NCBI RefSeq assembly: GCF_009914755.1
Contig: NC_060925.1
DNA: 64,000 bases
DNA from: the human T2T-CHM13v2.0 reference genome, Homo sapiens
Direction: 5' to 3' (one strand)
A program made the position numbers and the translations under genes. Under the pieces are notes generated by a model. It saw nothing but the letters and a program-made list of their open reading frames with translations, did not search any database and had not been told where the DNA came from. Positions 1 through 17,677 of this stretch are shown piece after piece. The stretch's first letter is position 1; the number at the start of each line of letters is the position of its first letter.

Positions 1-768
<768 letters not shown>

Positions 769-861
769 AGTTTTTGGATAGTGTTTATCTATTGATTTAT
801 TGGCCGACTGCTGGAGAGACAAGTCTTAAGTATTTTCTGCCCAGAAATCCTGTGATTATTG

Positions 862-2080
862 TGTAAGTTAAGATTGGGTTTTGCTGTAATAGTGAACAAA
901 ATAATAGGGGCTTATACAAGATTAGTAATTTCTTTTTCTCATGTCAACAGTTCAGAGGTAGCAGGTCCATAGCTGATACTGGCTCCATGGTCCTTAAGGA
1001 CCCTGGTTTGGTTCCTTCCAGTTCCCTGCCTCACCATTTGTAATTGCCCGTTGGGTTCTTCTTACCCTCTGCACAGACAAAACCAATGGACTGAGACAGT
1101 GGTAAAGCAGTAGAGAAGGAGTTTAATGCAAAGCTAGCCAAGTGGAAGGACAGGAGTTTATTATACACACCAGCTGCTGAGAACTCAGAGGCTAGGGTTT
1201 TTATGGTAAGTTGGCAGGCAGGGGACCTAGGGAGTGGATGCTGCTGATTAGTTGGGGTTGAAATCATAAGGGTGTGGAAGACAGTTCTCATGCGCAGAGT
1301 CAGCCTCTGGGTGGGGGTCACAGGACCAGTCATGGGTTTAGGGGGCAAGCTGGTCAGTCGCCAGAATTCAAAGATCAGAAAAACATCTCAGAAGACCAAT
1401 CTTAGGTTCTATAATAGTGATGTTCTCCATAGGAGCGGTTGGGGAAGTCACAAATCTTGTGACTTTGGGTACAGTAAACTATTATAGAAAGGCAAGCTGT
1501 GCCTACGTTTTAGCAGAATTCAGGTCCCTCCCATAATCCTAATCTTGTGGCCTTTCTTTAGTCTTACAAAGGTGGTTTCAGTTCCCAACAAGGAAGGGGG
1601 TCAATTTTGGGGAGGGACTATTTACATCAAAGTTGAACTATGAATTTCTCCCAGAGTTAGATTGGCCTCTGCTCAGGAATGAGCAAGGATGGCCAGCCTG
1701 TGAGGCTAGAAGCATGATGGAGTCAGACATGGTAGACGTTTCTCACTGTCGTAGTCTTTGCAAAGGCAGTTTCACATTCATAGGCTGTGGTCCTCCTTAT
1801 TGCCCACATGGCTCTAGTCATTTTGTCTGAGTTCCAAGTGGCCAAATTGAGGGAAGGAAAGGAGTGGGGGTAAGGAACAGGTATCTGTGTCTGTTAAGGA
1901 AATTTTCTGTGGACTTTGACAAATCATTTCCACCTGTATCTCATTGGCTACCTAGGTGCAAAGAGAGACTGGGAAACTTATTTACTCTAAGCAGTCATGT
2001 GCCCAGATAGAAATCAGGGATTCTAGTACTAAGAAAGGGGGTAGGCACTGATAGGGTTGACAAATAACAGTTTCTACTAT
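862..2080 (-). mobile_element. Old MaLR (MLT1-like) LTR split by the ERV1 LTR
   Basis: MLT1-like motifs on both sides of 1039-1774 (ggcttatacaagat...; tcattggc...ctgggaaa...aatcagggattct). Confidence 0.5.
1039..1774 (-). mobile_element. ERV1 solo LTR (LTR8/MER50-like)
   Basis: TG...CA termini, perfect 4-bp TSD CATT (1035-1038, 1775-1778), terminal tttgcaaaggcagtttca; family from memory. Confidence 0.8.
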
Positions 2081-2467
2081 GGCTGTCCATTTTTCTTTGC
2101 TGTCCCAATCTACTGGTCAAATTTCACCTTTTTGCTATGCAAGTGTGACTATACATTTTTCTGATATTTTCCTTTCTGCCTTTTCTCATTTAAATGCACG
2201 AGTGTAAGAATCTCTAGTCTATTTTGAATAATTTTGTGAAAGTCAGTTTATTGTGCTTTATGATTTCATCACTTACAAAAGGTAGACAGGTACCTGTCCT
2301 GTTGCCCTCGAATGTTTAGCAGTTCAATTTAATGAATGCCTGCTTGGTTTCTTTGTCTATCAGGTACTACATTAAGTGCTGGGATTTTAAAGAAGTTGTG
2401 TTTTCTGTTCTCATGCTAACTGAGAACACTATATGCAAAATGCATGAGCAAGGGGAACAGTGACTTA

Positions 2468-2788
<321 letters not shown>

Positions 2789-4435
2789 TTATCAGGAGAC
2801 CTTTCTGAGGAGTCAATTTAGTGTAAGTCCTAAGCACTGTATTACCTGTTCCATTGTGTTACTTGTTTTGCTCAGAAAGGTCAGGTTTCTGGTACCATGC
2901 CACCAAGATTAAAAGATTCTCTGTGCAAAGACAGGCAGCAAATCAGAGGAAGAAATAATTTTTAGACTAGCAATATATGACCTTGTGGAGTTAATGTTCT
3001 TTAAAACCATTTATGAAGAAATTGTGATCAAGGGACCTACTTTTTTTTTGAGACACTGAAAATATTATTATTTACTGATTGGTTTACTTTGTTTTTTTCT
3101 TTCAGCATACTTTAAGATTGTTTTATGTCTCTGTACCTTTGAAAGAGTTATTTACCCATAAATGACCCTGACCTTTTTTCATTGTAATACTCAGTCCAAA
3201 GTAATCTCTGCCTGGAAGCCTTTTTAGGTAGAAGAGTTATCTTTCTAAGATGCAAATCTGAACATGTTTACAAATCTTGTGCTTAAAATGTCATTGGCTT
3301 CCAGATGTCTTTAGGATAAAAAATTCTTAAAATGGCTTAAAGGTCCATGATCTAGTCCCTACTTGCTTTTCCAGCCTTATCTCTGATCATTATCATCTGT
3401 TCCTTTAACTATGTGTTCCAACCATAGGGTCTTTGTATTATGGTTGATCCCTATTCTTGGAATCTTAGAGGTTATCTAATTCAGCTGCTTATTTAATACA
3501 AAAGGTTTCCTTAAGCTCTAAAAATGTAGTTTACTAGATTACCTAAAAAAGCACCTTTTTTAGTTCCTAGTTAACTGCCTCCTCCCTTCTGCCGCTTCTC
3601 CCTTCCTTCCTTCTCTCCATCCATCTGTCATGGTGCTAGGGCTGTCAGAGTCCACTGGCTGCATGAAATTAATATCAGTAGATACGAGATTGAAAAGATA
3701 AGCAAATTAGAAAGACTATAACCTCAACATTATTTTCAGGTTACTGATACCAGACATTATTCAGATTTATTAGTGATCACATACTGAGTTCTAATTAACA
3801 AGTTTCATGTGATAGAAGTCAGAAGGCAGAAGTGGACTGTTTCTTGTACTATATTTCTTAATATTCCCTCTTACAAAGGGAGTAACAATAATAAGCAGTT
3901 ACTCGTTATTGTCATCACTGCTAGGATCTGTGAAAGGAGGAGATTCAGGAAATGTAAGCGTCCACAGAGCAGAGTTCTTTCTTCCTTGTGCCCCAGTGGC
4001 AGCACCTTCTATCAACTTTAATTCCTCAGAGAAAGAGGAGAAGGGCATTAGGAAATGAACATTAGGCATGTAATTATAATGCCATGTAAAGGAATGTGGT
4101 AGGTTTAGTTACCTTTTAACAATAAAAGGACTAAATGATAGGATTTGCTTAAATTACAATTTTTATTGTACATTGTTTTATTGTTCCTCATAGGTTAGCT
4201 CAGACTGAGGGGGAGAGGTTGGAACAATGAATACCTGGAGAGTGACAACTGTGTCAGGTGCTATCCTGTGTGTTTTCAGTTCCAGACCGTTATCCATGTG
4301 TAATAGTTTCTATCCTGCCGAGCTTCATTTATAGAATCAAATTGAAAGGGAAAACACCTGTACAACCTGGCCAATCAGACAGCCTCACATATCTTTTTCT
4401 TCATAGTATCTTTTAACTAGGATATTCCTCTTCTA

Positions 4436-4889
<454 letters not shown>

Positions 4890-5113
4890 TTTCAAGGAAG
4901 AACTCATTTTTTGTCAAGTGGTGAAAGCAGCTAGCTGAATAATATTCAGGACTGTCAACCAAATGGGAGGTCAGAAGCTCACCCAGTCGGCTGCAACCAT
5001 GGCGGAGCCAGAGGGGCTCAAGGGGCCTGTGCTATACCAAGGCTGCAGTTCCTTGCAATGCTCTAGATGACCCTGGGCAGTCTATTCTTGAGCCCCTTCA
5101 TAGTCGCTGTGAT

Positions 5114-5607
5114 TGTCAACTAAAGAAAAGCTTTTTAAGAATTAAAGTTATTGTATTTAGAAGTCTTATTGAGAACTGTAGACAGAGCCTGCTGCCTGGG
5201 AGTAGTCTTTTAGAGAGGTTTTGTTAGCCTTTTCTGGCACTGTATTTTAGTCTACTGTTTATGTATAGGTGGTGGGGGTTTCGCATATGTAAAATTATGT
5301 TACGTTTGTTTAGAAGTTAGAAGTTATATTAGAGTAGAATATGTTAAGGTTTGGTGTAAGAGTATATTTGGTTATAGATTATAGAAGTGTAATTACTAAC
5401 TGTCATTTATAGGAAAAGGCAAGGTTATTATCTTCAAGGAATATAGTGACTTAGGCAAGATATGTGGGGGGAGTGTGTGTTTTATTTTGTCTTAAAAGTA
5501 TTTGGAAAGCTGTGTATCATCATAGAGTCAAGAACTTTGTGAAATTGTGTTGGCAAGCAGAAATGAGTAAATATGGCTTTTTTTGTGGTTTGTTATTTTG
5601 TCTCGCA
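5114..5607 (-). mobile_element. ERV1 LTR (MER67-like), probably a 5' LTR, with adjacent PBS and short internal remnant (~4910-5113)
   Basis: TG...CA ends; no TSD; tRNA-Arg-like PBS 4 nt from the LTR end on the - strand; family from memory. Confidence 0.7.
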
Positions 5608-5772
5608 TATGGATACCTAAACTACTCACATATGAATGTTACTTCAAGAAAAGAAAATACATGAATTGATCATATTAAAATAGTTACCTTATAAGTGACA
5701 TTCTGTACCGTCTGAGGTGTCAGAGGTTGGGGTCATAGATGAGGGAGATTGTGAAAGAAATTTACAATACTG

Positions 5773-8046
<2,274 letters not shown>

Positions 8047-8502
8047 TCATATCATTACGTGCCTCTCTATTTGCTATACAATTGTTGTAATAAAGTACAA
8101 TGCGATTAGTATATACTTTTCTAATTGATGGTTCATCCAGAATAATCGAGTGAAGGCTATCAAAGGCTAATATGTGTTAACTTGCCATTCCATGCTCTTC
8201 TCAGTTTTATGCCCCTGTTTGGAGGCATAGACTGATGTTCTGGAGAATAGTTTTGACCAATTATAGTTAAGTGCTGGTAGTAGTACGAAAAGCCCTAAAG
8301 AAGATAAGCAAGATGTTAAAATGGGAGTTTTTAGTAACTTGCAGCAACCTTTAAGATCAGGAGGCTGTTGGGAGTTGCTGGAAGTCCCTTGATATCAGGA
8401 AGGGTATGGTAAACATCAGTGCAGTTTCAGAGGACAGATCAGTAACAGTATATATGACCTGGAGTAGAGTGTGCTTAGAGGCCTGTTTATGACCTTAGGG
8501 GA

Positions 8503-8628
8503 TCTCTACAAGAAGGAAAAGTGATTGCCAAAGTCCATAGGGGCTGAGTGTGGCGACCTTGCCATTCTCTACAAGAAGGAAAAGTGATTGCCAAAGTCCA
8601 TAGGGGCTGGGTGTGGCGAGCTTTCCCT
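8503..8628. repeat. 63-bp tandem duplication (2 copies)
   Basis: tctctacaagaaggaaaagtgattgccaaagtccatagggg... at 8503 and 8566; about 4 mismatches. Confidence 0.95.
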
Positions 8629-8875
8629 TCTTAAGAGTTGTGTATGTACCTGCCTCACAGAGAGGGTAAATGAAGTAACATACATAAAACTGTAACACAA
8701 TATTTGGATCTGTTTTAGCTGGGCATGGTGGCGGGCATCTGTAATCCTAGTAGTGAAAAGGTCATTGGTCAATTAATGTTAGATGGTGTTATTGGTATAT
8801 TCTCTTGTCTGTGGGATTAGATTTCTTATAATACTTGAAGTACTTATATCTTGTTTTAATTTTTCCTCTTCTCAG

Positions 8876-8935
8876 GGATTTGAGAGCACCTCCAGAACAA
8901 GGAAAGATTTTTATTGCAAGGCGCTCTCTCTTAGA
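8876..8935 (+). CDS. SOAT1: SOAT1 exon 5, [20 protein letters not shown]
   Basis: ctcag|G acceptor, TTAGA|gtgagt donor; 60 nt; phase continues from the previous exon. Confidence 0.97.
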
Positions 8936-9144
8936 GTGAGTATTTTTAGTAGTTTTTAAATATGTTTGATTTTTAAAAAACTATTCTGATAGAATCATTG
9001 CTTAGTATATGGACATGTAATGAGTTCTGTATCTGTATAAATCATTAGTGGGTTTTTTTCTTCTATGCTCTCTCTTGCTCCTTTCTGATCTTTTGGTTCT
9101 GTATCTAGTTTCAAAAGAGGAGTTAGGGATAAGAATGGTTATCT

Positions 9145-9470
9145 GGGCTTGGCACTGTGACTCACACCTGTAATCCTAGCACTTTGGGAGGCTGAGACAG
9201 GCAGATCGCTTGAGTCCAGGAGTTCAAGACCAGTTTGGGCAACACGGCAAGTCTCTCTCTACAAAAAATACAAAAAATTAGCCAGGCTTGGTGGTGCATG
9301 CCTGTAATCCCAGCTACTCAAGAGTCTGAGACAGGAGGATCGCTTGAGCCCGGAAGGGTGGAGGTTGCCATGGGCTGAGATTGTGCCCCTGCACTCCAGC
9401 CTGAGCACCAGGTGCAACACCCAGCAACTCCAGCCTGGGTGACAGAGCAAGGCTGTCTCAATAAAAAAAA
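9145..9470 (+). mobile_element. AluJ-like element
   Basis: gatcgcttgagtccagg/gagcccgg J-type diagnostics. Confidence 0.9.
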
Positions 9471-10476
9471 GTGTACTTTTCTTTAAAAAGACATCTTATG
9501 CTTATCAAAAGTTACTTTCTGTGAGTCAAGTTGATGTTTACTACTTCCCCTAGATAAGAAGGCCGGTTTTCTAAGCATGTAATGTGCTGTTCAGTGTTTT
9601 CTAAGCATGTAATGTATAGTGTTAAGTGTTCTGTTACACTGTAGTTTGAAGGAATTAATCTTTTAAAGTTTACATCTGGGGGAAAACGCAGGCTTTTCAC
9701 ATAAAAGGGAAAAGAAAATTTATTTTAAACATTATAATTAGGATTTTAATGATAGAATTTATACATGAAAAATAAACAAAATTACATATTAAAAAAATTT
9801 TTAACCAAGGAAACAAAACATGTTTTCTATGGCTTAGATGAGTTTTTATTAGACTGTGAAGATCCTTGGTCCAGAGATTGAGTAGTAGTATATTAGATTA
9901 CTCAAAATCATTTAAAAGATTAGCATTATCTTTCCAAAAACAAGTTAAAACAAGTTTAAAAACCTGTTTTAGTCAGATATAAAAGATTATTTAGGAAAAG
10001 TCATCTATATTATTGTTATATTCTAAAAGAAAATTAGACCAGTCTTAAATACAAAAGTCAATGAGAAGGTAAAATCTTTGTAAATGGTTGAGTTTTATAG
10101 ACGTGTAGGGTAGTAATTGGTTATCATCATCATCATGATCAACATTATAGAAACTCATGTCAATTTTAACATTTTGGAAATAGGTAGTACTTAATATATA
10201 TTAAATTTAGGGAGTAGAATATGAATAGGATTAAAAAATTCTTAACATTTGAAATAGTTTGTTTCCTGTTTTTAGTGACTGGCCTTTGTTTACTTAGAAA
10301 ACATCCATTTCTGGTAGGTTTTAAAGAATGTAGACCATTCTTTTTTGAGATGTTTTTGGAGAGTGGATTAAGCATCTTCTCAACTGCTTTAAGTTAACTG
10401 CTTTAAGAAAAGATTTTATGGTGTTTTAAATTTAAATATACATTATTAACTTGTTTTGTTTGAACTACATTTACAG

Positions 10477-10584
10477 TGAACTGCTTGAAGTGGACCACAT
10501 CAGAACAATATATCACATGTTTATTGCCCTCCTCATTCTCTTTATCCTCAGCACACTTGTAGTAGATTACATTGATGAAGGAAG
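10477..10584 (+). CDS. SOAT1: SOAT1 exon 6, [36 protein letters not shown]
   Basis: tacag|T acceptor, GGAAG|gtaaga donor; 108 nt; first hydrophobic TM segment. Confidence 0.97.
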
Positions 10585-10847
10585 GTAAGACAACAAAAAA
10601 GATGGCTGGCTAGTTGATGCATGAGAAGTTAGAGGTTTTCACTAAATTTTGGTAAAGGGTAAATTGATTAAATTGCTTCAGGAAATCCTAAAGCAGCAGA
10701 TTTGAGGGTGATATTCCTTTGCCCTGAAAAGTTTAACTGATGGAGAAAATTAGAAGTTTCATTACTTTTATTTTTAAAATGGTTTATTTGAATAGACCAT
10801 AATCAGTAATTTCTAGGTAATTTTCCCAAATGGGAGAACTTTATACA

Positions 10848-11131
10848 CAGTTGACCTACGAACAGCACGGGTTTGAACTGTGCATGTCTATTTATACACA
10901 GAATTTTTTCAATCAATGTGTTTAGCACTCTGTATCCATGGGTTCTACATCTGCAAGCAAAGGCTGATTGGGATCTAGAGTATTCCAGGATGCAAAACAC
11001 ACATATAAGAATGGCAGATTTTTCATATCTGTGGGTTCCACGGGGCCAACTGTGGGCCTCGAATTTGCATAAGTTTTGGTGTCTGCACAGTTTCCTGGAA
11101 CCAACCCCCCATGTATAGGGAGGGATAACTG
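10848..11131 (-). mobile_element. MER8/Tigger2-type DNA transposon fossil
   Basis: cagttgacc...gggtttgaactg start and gagggataactg end (Tigger-type TIRs). Confidence 0.75.
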
Positions 11132-11251
11132 TATATGACTTATTAACTTTTTGATTGTCTTTATTTAAGATGGTTACTTAAAACAAGTAGCTTATTGGAA
11201 TTGAAGGTTGAAAAAGTTGATATTTCTTTTTAATGTGAAAGTCAAATTATA

Positions 11252-11530
11252 GGCCAGGCATGGTTGCTTGTGCCTGTAATCTCAGCACTTTGGGAGGCCG
11301 AGGCGGGAGGATCACTTGAGCTTAGGAGTTGGAGACCAGCCTGGGCAACATCTCTACAAAAAATTTAAAAATTAGCTGGGCGTGGTGGCAGACACTTGTA
11401 GTTCCAGCTACTCAGGAGGCTGAGATAGGAGGATCGCTTGAGCCAGGGAGGTTGAGGCTGCAGTGGAGCTGTGTTTGTGCCACTGCACTCCAGCCTGGAT
11501 GCAAAGGAGACCAGATCTCAAAATAAAATT
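11252..11530 (+). mobile_element. AluJ-like element
   Basis: Alu consensus, J-type. Confidence 0.9.
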
Positions 11531-12064
11531 TTAAAACTCAAATTGTAGCTTAAAAAATGACAGCGTGGTAATCATGGATTGAATTATGTACTTTTTTTGA
11601 AAATTAAATTTGGAGATAATGGTATAGTATATTAACATATTTTTAAATTGTACCTATTTCTTCTGAAAAATCATCTTTTGTACATAAGAACGATTGCTGT
11701 TTGAATATTTTCCATAGAATATTTTACAGTTAGAAAATTAATGTGAGAATCTAATCTTTCAGAAGTTCAAAGTCCAATTATCTTAGATATCTTAAGTTTG
11801 AAGACTGTATTTATCTTAGGGCTTTTAGAAAATTTGTTTCTAAAGAACATATATTGTTGATATATATATATATATATATTGTAAAGCAGATGGTTAGAAG
11901 CAGATCTCTAACTAGCAGAACTATTACATCCATGACTTCAGCGTATTAACGTTGTGGTGTTTCCTAAGGTTGAAAGTTTGGTGTTTGAAACTTTTAAATT
12001 CTGTGAACTCAGTGTATATTAAAAATTCACCTCTATGTTCTTTTTCTGTACCTTTTCTCCCCAG

Positions 12065-12347
12065 GCTGGTGCTTGAGTTCAGCCTCCTGTCTTATGCTTT
12101 TGGCAAATTTCCTACCGTTGTTTGGACCTGGTGGATCATGTTCCTGTCTACATTTTCAGTTCCCTATTTTCTGTTTCAACATTGGGCCACTGGCTATAGC
12201 AAGAGTTCTCATCCGCTGATCCGTTCTCTCTTCCATGGCTTTCTTTTCATGATCTTCCAGATTGGAGTTCTAGGTTTTGGACCAACATATGTTGTGTTAG
12301 CATATACACTGCCACCAGCTTCCCGGTTCATCATTATATTCGAGCAG
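12065..12347 (+). CDS. SOAT1: SOAT1 exon 7, [23 protein letters not shown]...IIIFEQ
   Basis: cccag|G acceptor, GAGCAG|gtaagg donor; 283 nt; contained in ORF 11952..12359. Confidence 0.97.
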
Positions 12348-12557
12348 GTAAGGTTTTAAGTGTTACCCAAGGCGATGCTGTCCTCGGCTAAAATAATAAT
12401 AATGATGATGACATACTGATACTATTATTTTTAGCTGTATTAACTTGGATAAATTTTCATATATTGTTCTTTTGCCATTATCTGTAAAATTGTTAAACTA
12501 GAATCATCTCACCGCTTAAGTTTCATTGTAGCTTCCATGTTCTCTGAATTTTGATAA

Positions 12558-12869
<312 letters not shown>

Positions 12870-13150
12870 ACATTGAATTATTTTTGATGCATCAAGATTT
12901 TGTTTCTGAATACTTTTTGTAAAAGTCATTTAAATTATAAAATATTTTCATAATTAAAAACTTCACTTTTGAAATGTCAGATTCATTGTTTTGTCATGTA
13001 ACTATATAATAAAGGTTTTATTTTAATTTGTTTATACACTTATCAGGATTTTCTGACTTTACTGGCTATCTATAATGCATTTGACTAATGGAAAGGACAC
13101 TTGCAGGAGACTTTCTTTGAAGAGACATCTTTTTCCTCCTGCTTTTGTAG

Positions 13151-13229
13151 ATTCGTTTTGTAATGAAGGCCCACTCATTTGTCAGAGAGAACGTGCCTCG
13201 GGTACTAAATTCAGCTAAGGAGAAATCAA
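13151..13229 (+). CDS. SOAT1: SOAT1 exon 8, IRFVMKAHSFVRENVPRVLNSAKEKS
   Basis: tgtag|ATT acceptor, TCAA|gtatgt donor; 79 nt; MKxHSF motif of the ACAT/DGAT1 family. Confidence 0.97.
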
Positions 13230-13255
13230 GTATGTAATTTCTTTTGTTCATTATT

Positions 13256-13393
13256 TCTTCCTCCCCTCCCCTCCTCTCCCCCCACCCCATTCCCTTCCCT
13301 TCCCTTCCCTTCTTTCCTTCTTTCCTTCCCTCCCTCCCTCTCTCTTTTTCTCTTTCTCTTTCTCTCTCTCTCTCTTTTTCTTTTCTTTTCTTT
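13256..13393. repeat. Pure-pyrimidine low-complexity tract (CCTT/CT/CTTTT)
   Basis: About 135 nt of almost only C/T, starting ~25 nt after the exon 8 donor. Confidence 0.9.
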
Positions 13394-13898
13394 GTGTAAT
13401 TTCATTAGTTTAAAGGATTATTGGCTGGATATTTCACCCTTTGTTGTTTTCTGGGATGTCACATTATATAATGTAGAGATTGTGTTTTATTTCAAATATA
13501 TATGATCCATATTGATTTTGAGGACCACTTCATTGTTTCCTGACTATTCCGGCTTTGCCCTTGAACCTACAATTTTAAAAAATTGATTATCTTTTGCAAC
13601 TTTGCATTATTTTTATGGAATGTTAATAGCCTCATTACACCTGTGCCTGCCTATTCTTTGCAAATTGTTGCTTCACACTCTAGAAGTTATCTCAGTCACA
13701 GGAATAACTTGGTTTAAAGAGATTGGTAATATTCAATTCGTGCAAGAATAAGAAGTCATTCCGGAGATCAGGAAAAAAGAACATGAGCTGATAAGTCATT
13801 TTATTCTTCCCTGTTCTGTGCTTCCTTATATTCCCCCCTGTATTTTTGCTGTGAAAAATCAAAGAGCCTTTGCTCTAACTATAGTTTTCCTTTTCTAG

Positions 13899-13980
13899 GC
13901 ACTGTTCCAATACCTACAGTCAACCAGTATTTGTACTTCTTATTTGCTCCTACCCTTATCTACCGTGACAGCTATCCCAG
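13899..13980 (+). CDS. SOAT1: SOAT1 exon 9, [27 protein letters not shown]
   Basis: tctag|GC acceptor, CCCAG|gtaatg donor; 82 nt; [10 protein letters not shown] MBOAT-family motif. Confidence 0.97.
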
Positions 13981-14274
13981 GTAATGGTACTGTGAACCAG
14001 AAATGTGGTAAACACCAAAAGTGTGGCATGAGTGAGGTGGGATAGGTAAACAGGGGCCAGTTCATGTAGGGACATAGAAAATATAGAATGAGTTTTCATT
14101 TTCTGTCTGACCTGAGAAGCCTCAAATGGTGAGTAGAGAAGTCTAATTTGATTATAGTAATTCTTGACAGAATTATAAAGTATTTCATATGGTCATAAAT
14201 GATGTTCTGAATTAATTAATTTTTATTTATTTTTATTATTTTTAATTTATTTTTTATTAATTAATTAATTTTAG

Positions 14275-15702
<1,428 letters not shown>

Positions 15703-15975
15703 ATGTTACGGGTTTTAAGCAGCAGGAAAACAGGTTCCAAGAGTAAGCTCTTCTAAAAATATCATTTGGTAAAGGGTTAGGAAAAGTGATGGTAGAAACT
15801 AGGCTTGAGTAATCTCCCTGAAGGATTATAGCAGTCTTCTATACTAGTGTTAAATGGAATACATATGCGAACATTACTGTAAGGGTCACATCTGTACTTT
15901 CTTTTGGAGAGAAAAAAATCGCCTTCCATCTTATTAAGCCATCGTTATTATAATTCTGTCTCTGTTATGTTCCAG

Positions 15976-16105
15976 GTCTTTGGTTGCTTTTTCTATGTGT
16001 ACTACATCTTTGAAAGGCTTTGTGCCCCCTTGTTTCGGAATATCAAACAGGAGCCCTTCAGCGCTCGTGTTCTGGTCCTATGTGTATTTAACTCCATCTT
16101 GCCAG
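15976..16105 (+). CDS. SOAT1: SOAT1 exon 11, [20 protein letters not shown]...NSILP
   Basis: tccag|GTC acceptor, CCAG|gtaaca donor; 130 nt; within ORF 15904..16125. Confidence 0.97.
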
Positions 16106-16596
16106 GTAACATGGGTACTTGTTAATTTGGTCATGCATAAATTCACGAGGTAAATAGAAAGCTATTGCCTATGAGCACCTTTGCTTTGCCTACTTTTTCA
16201 TCTAAACTTCTATACATCTATGCCCATCTTGACCTCTTTTGCATCTACTTTATAAATGAAGTATCCTTCATCCAGTCTCAGGTCAGTCTTTCATCTTATG
16301 GCTTTCACTCAAGTTGTGCCTTTCTCTGACAGTGGACAGTCCACATTCATGCTGTGTCTTCCTGTTCGCTATTAAGTTCATTGTAATCTTGCTCCTGATT
16401 CCACCAAGCCACTTAAATGCCCCTTGTTGAAATTACTAGTAACTTGTAGAAATTACTTGTAGAAATTACTAGTAATCCATATTCTAATCCAGTGGATGGA
16501 TTAAGATGTACTTTACCCCTTATCCAAGTTGACCTCCATGAAGCATTGGGTGCTGCTGACCACATTTTTAAATCTCTCTTGTCACTGTTTTCTTGC

Positions 16597-16878
16597 CTTT
16601 TTTTTTTTTGAAATCGGGTCTCTCTTTGTCACCCAGTCTGAATGCAGTGGTGTCATCATGGCTTACTAGCCTCGACCTCTGGGGCTCGAGTGATCCTCTC
16701 GCCTCAGTAGCTGGGACTACAGGTGCATGCCACCATGCCTGGCTAAGTTTTTATTTTTTGGAGAGACGGGGTCTCCCTATGTTGCCCAGGCCATTCTCAA
16801 ACTCCTGGGCTCAAGTTATCCTCCTGTCTCAGCCTCTCAAAGTGCTGGGGTTACAGGCTTGAGCCACCATGCTTGGCC
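16597..16878 (-). mobile_element. AluJ-like element
   Basis: Antisense Alu, J-type. Confidence 0.88.
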
Positions 16879-17677
16879 TTTTGCCACTATTTCTTATTTT
16901 CCTCCTGTCTTTCCGACCATACCTTGATTTCTTAAATATATTTATTGCATTTTTTTGTCTATTATAGAGATATATGAGTACCTAGTACTATGCCAGGTGC
17001 AGAGGACTCAGAAGTGAACAAGAGATGTATTATCTTTACAGTCTGGGAGCTTTTATAGTTTCCCTTACTTTTCCTCTTTTCTTTACTCATTGAATGTTGG
17101 TAATGTTTTCTGTCATCACCTTCCCTTTCTTTTCTTCTCTTGCATTCCTCTTCCAGTAACCCTCCCTCACCAGCCCCAGGACTTATTTGAATGAACTCTG
17201 TATCTGTCCCTAAAATAGAATATGTGTTACATACTTGAGTGTCTTCCTCACTAGCTGCAAAGTTATTGAGTTCAAGGATTGTGTTTTATAGCCAATCACA
17301 GTCTCTCTCATATTGTCTGGTACATAGTTGATGCTCTATAAATATATATTTTTCAATAAATGAGTGAAAGAGATGGACATATAAATGGATATTTTACAAT
17401 ATATTGTAATATGTACTACATAAGTAGGATAAACAAAATGCTTATGGCCTTTGTTTCACATTAGAGATAACATTTAATATTGGGTATTGAAAAATAGGTA
17501 GGTATTTGCCTGGCAGAGAATTGGTGGAAAGGTCATTCTAGGTAGTGGGATGGATGCAAGGGCATGGAGCATTCTGGAATGGCATAAACCCAGTTGTGGA
17601 TAATGTTTACAACACTTAGAGGGTAGAATCATTGGAGATATGTTTAGAATGTTATCCATGTCACTATGTTAACCATG

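Noticed and set aside
8495-8772. ORFs with the repeated peptide (PYGLWQSLFLLVE x2), and the repeat as a CRISPR-like array
   Set aside because: A by-product of the two-copy 63-bp duplication; there are no spacers, no cas genes and the context is eukaryotic intron.
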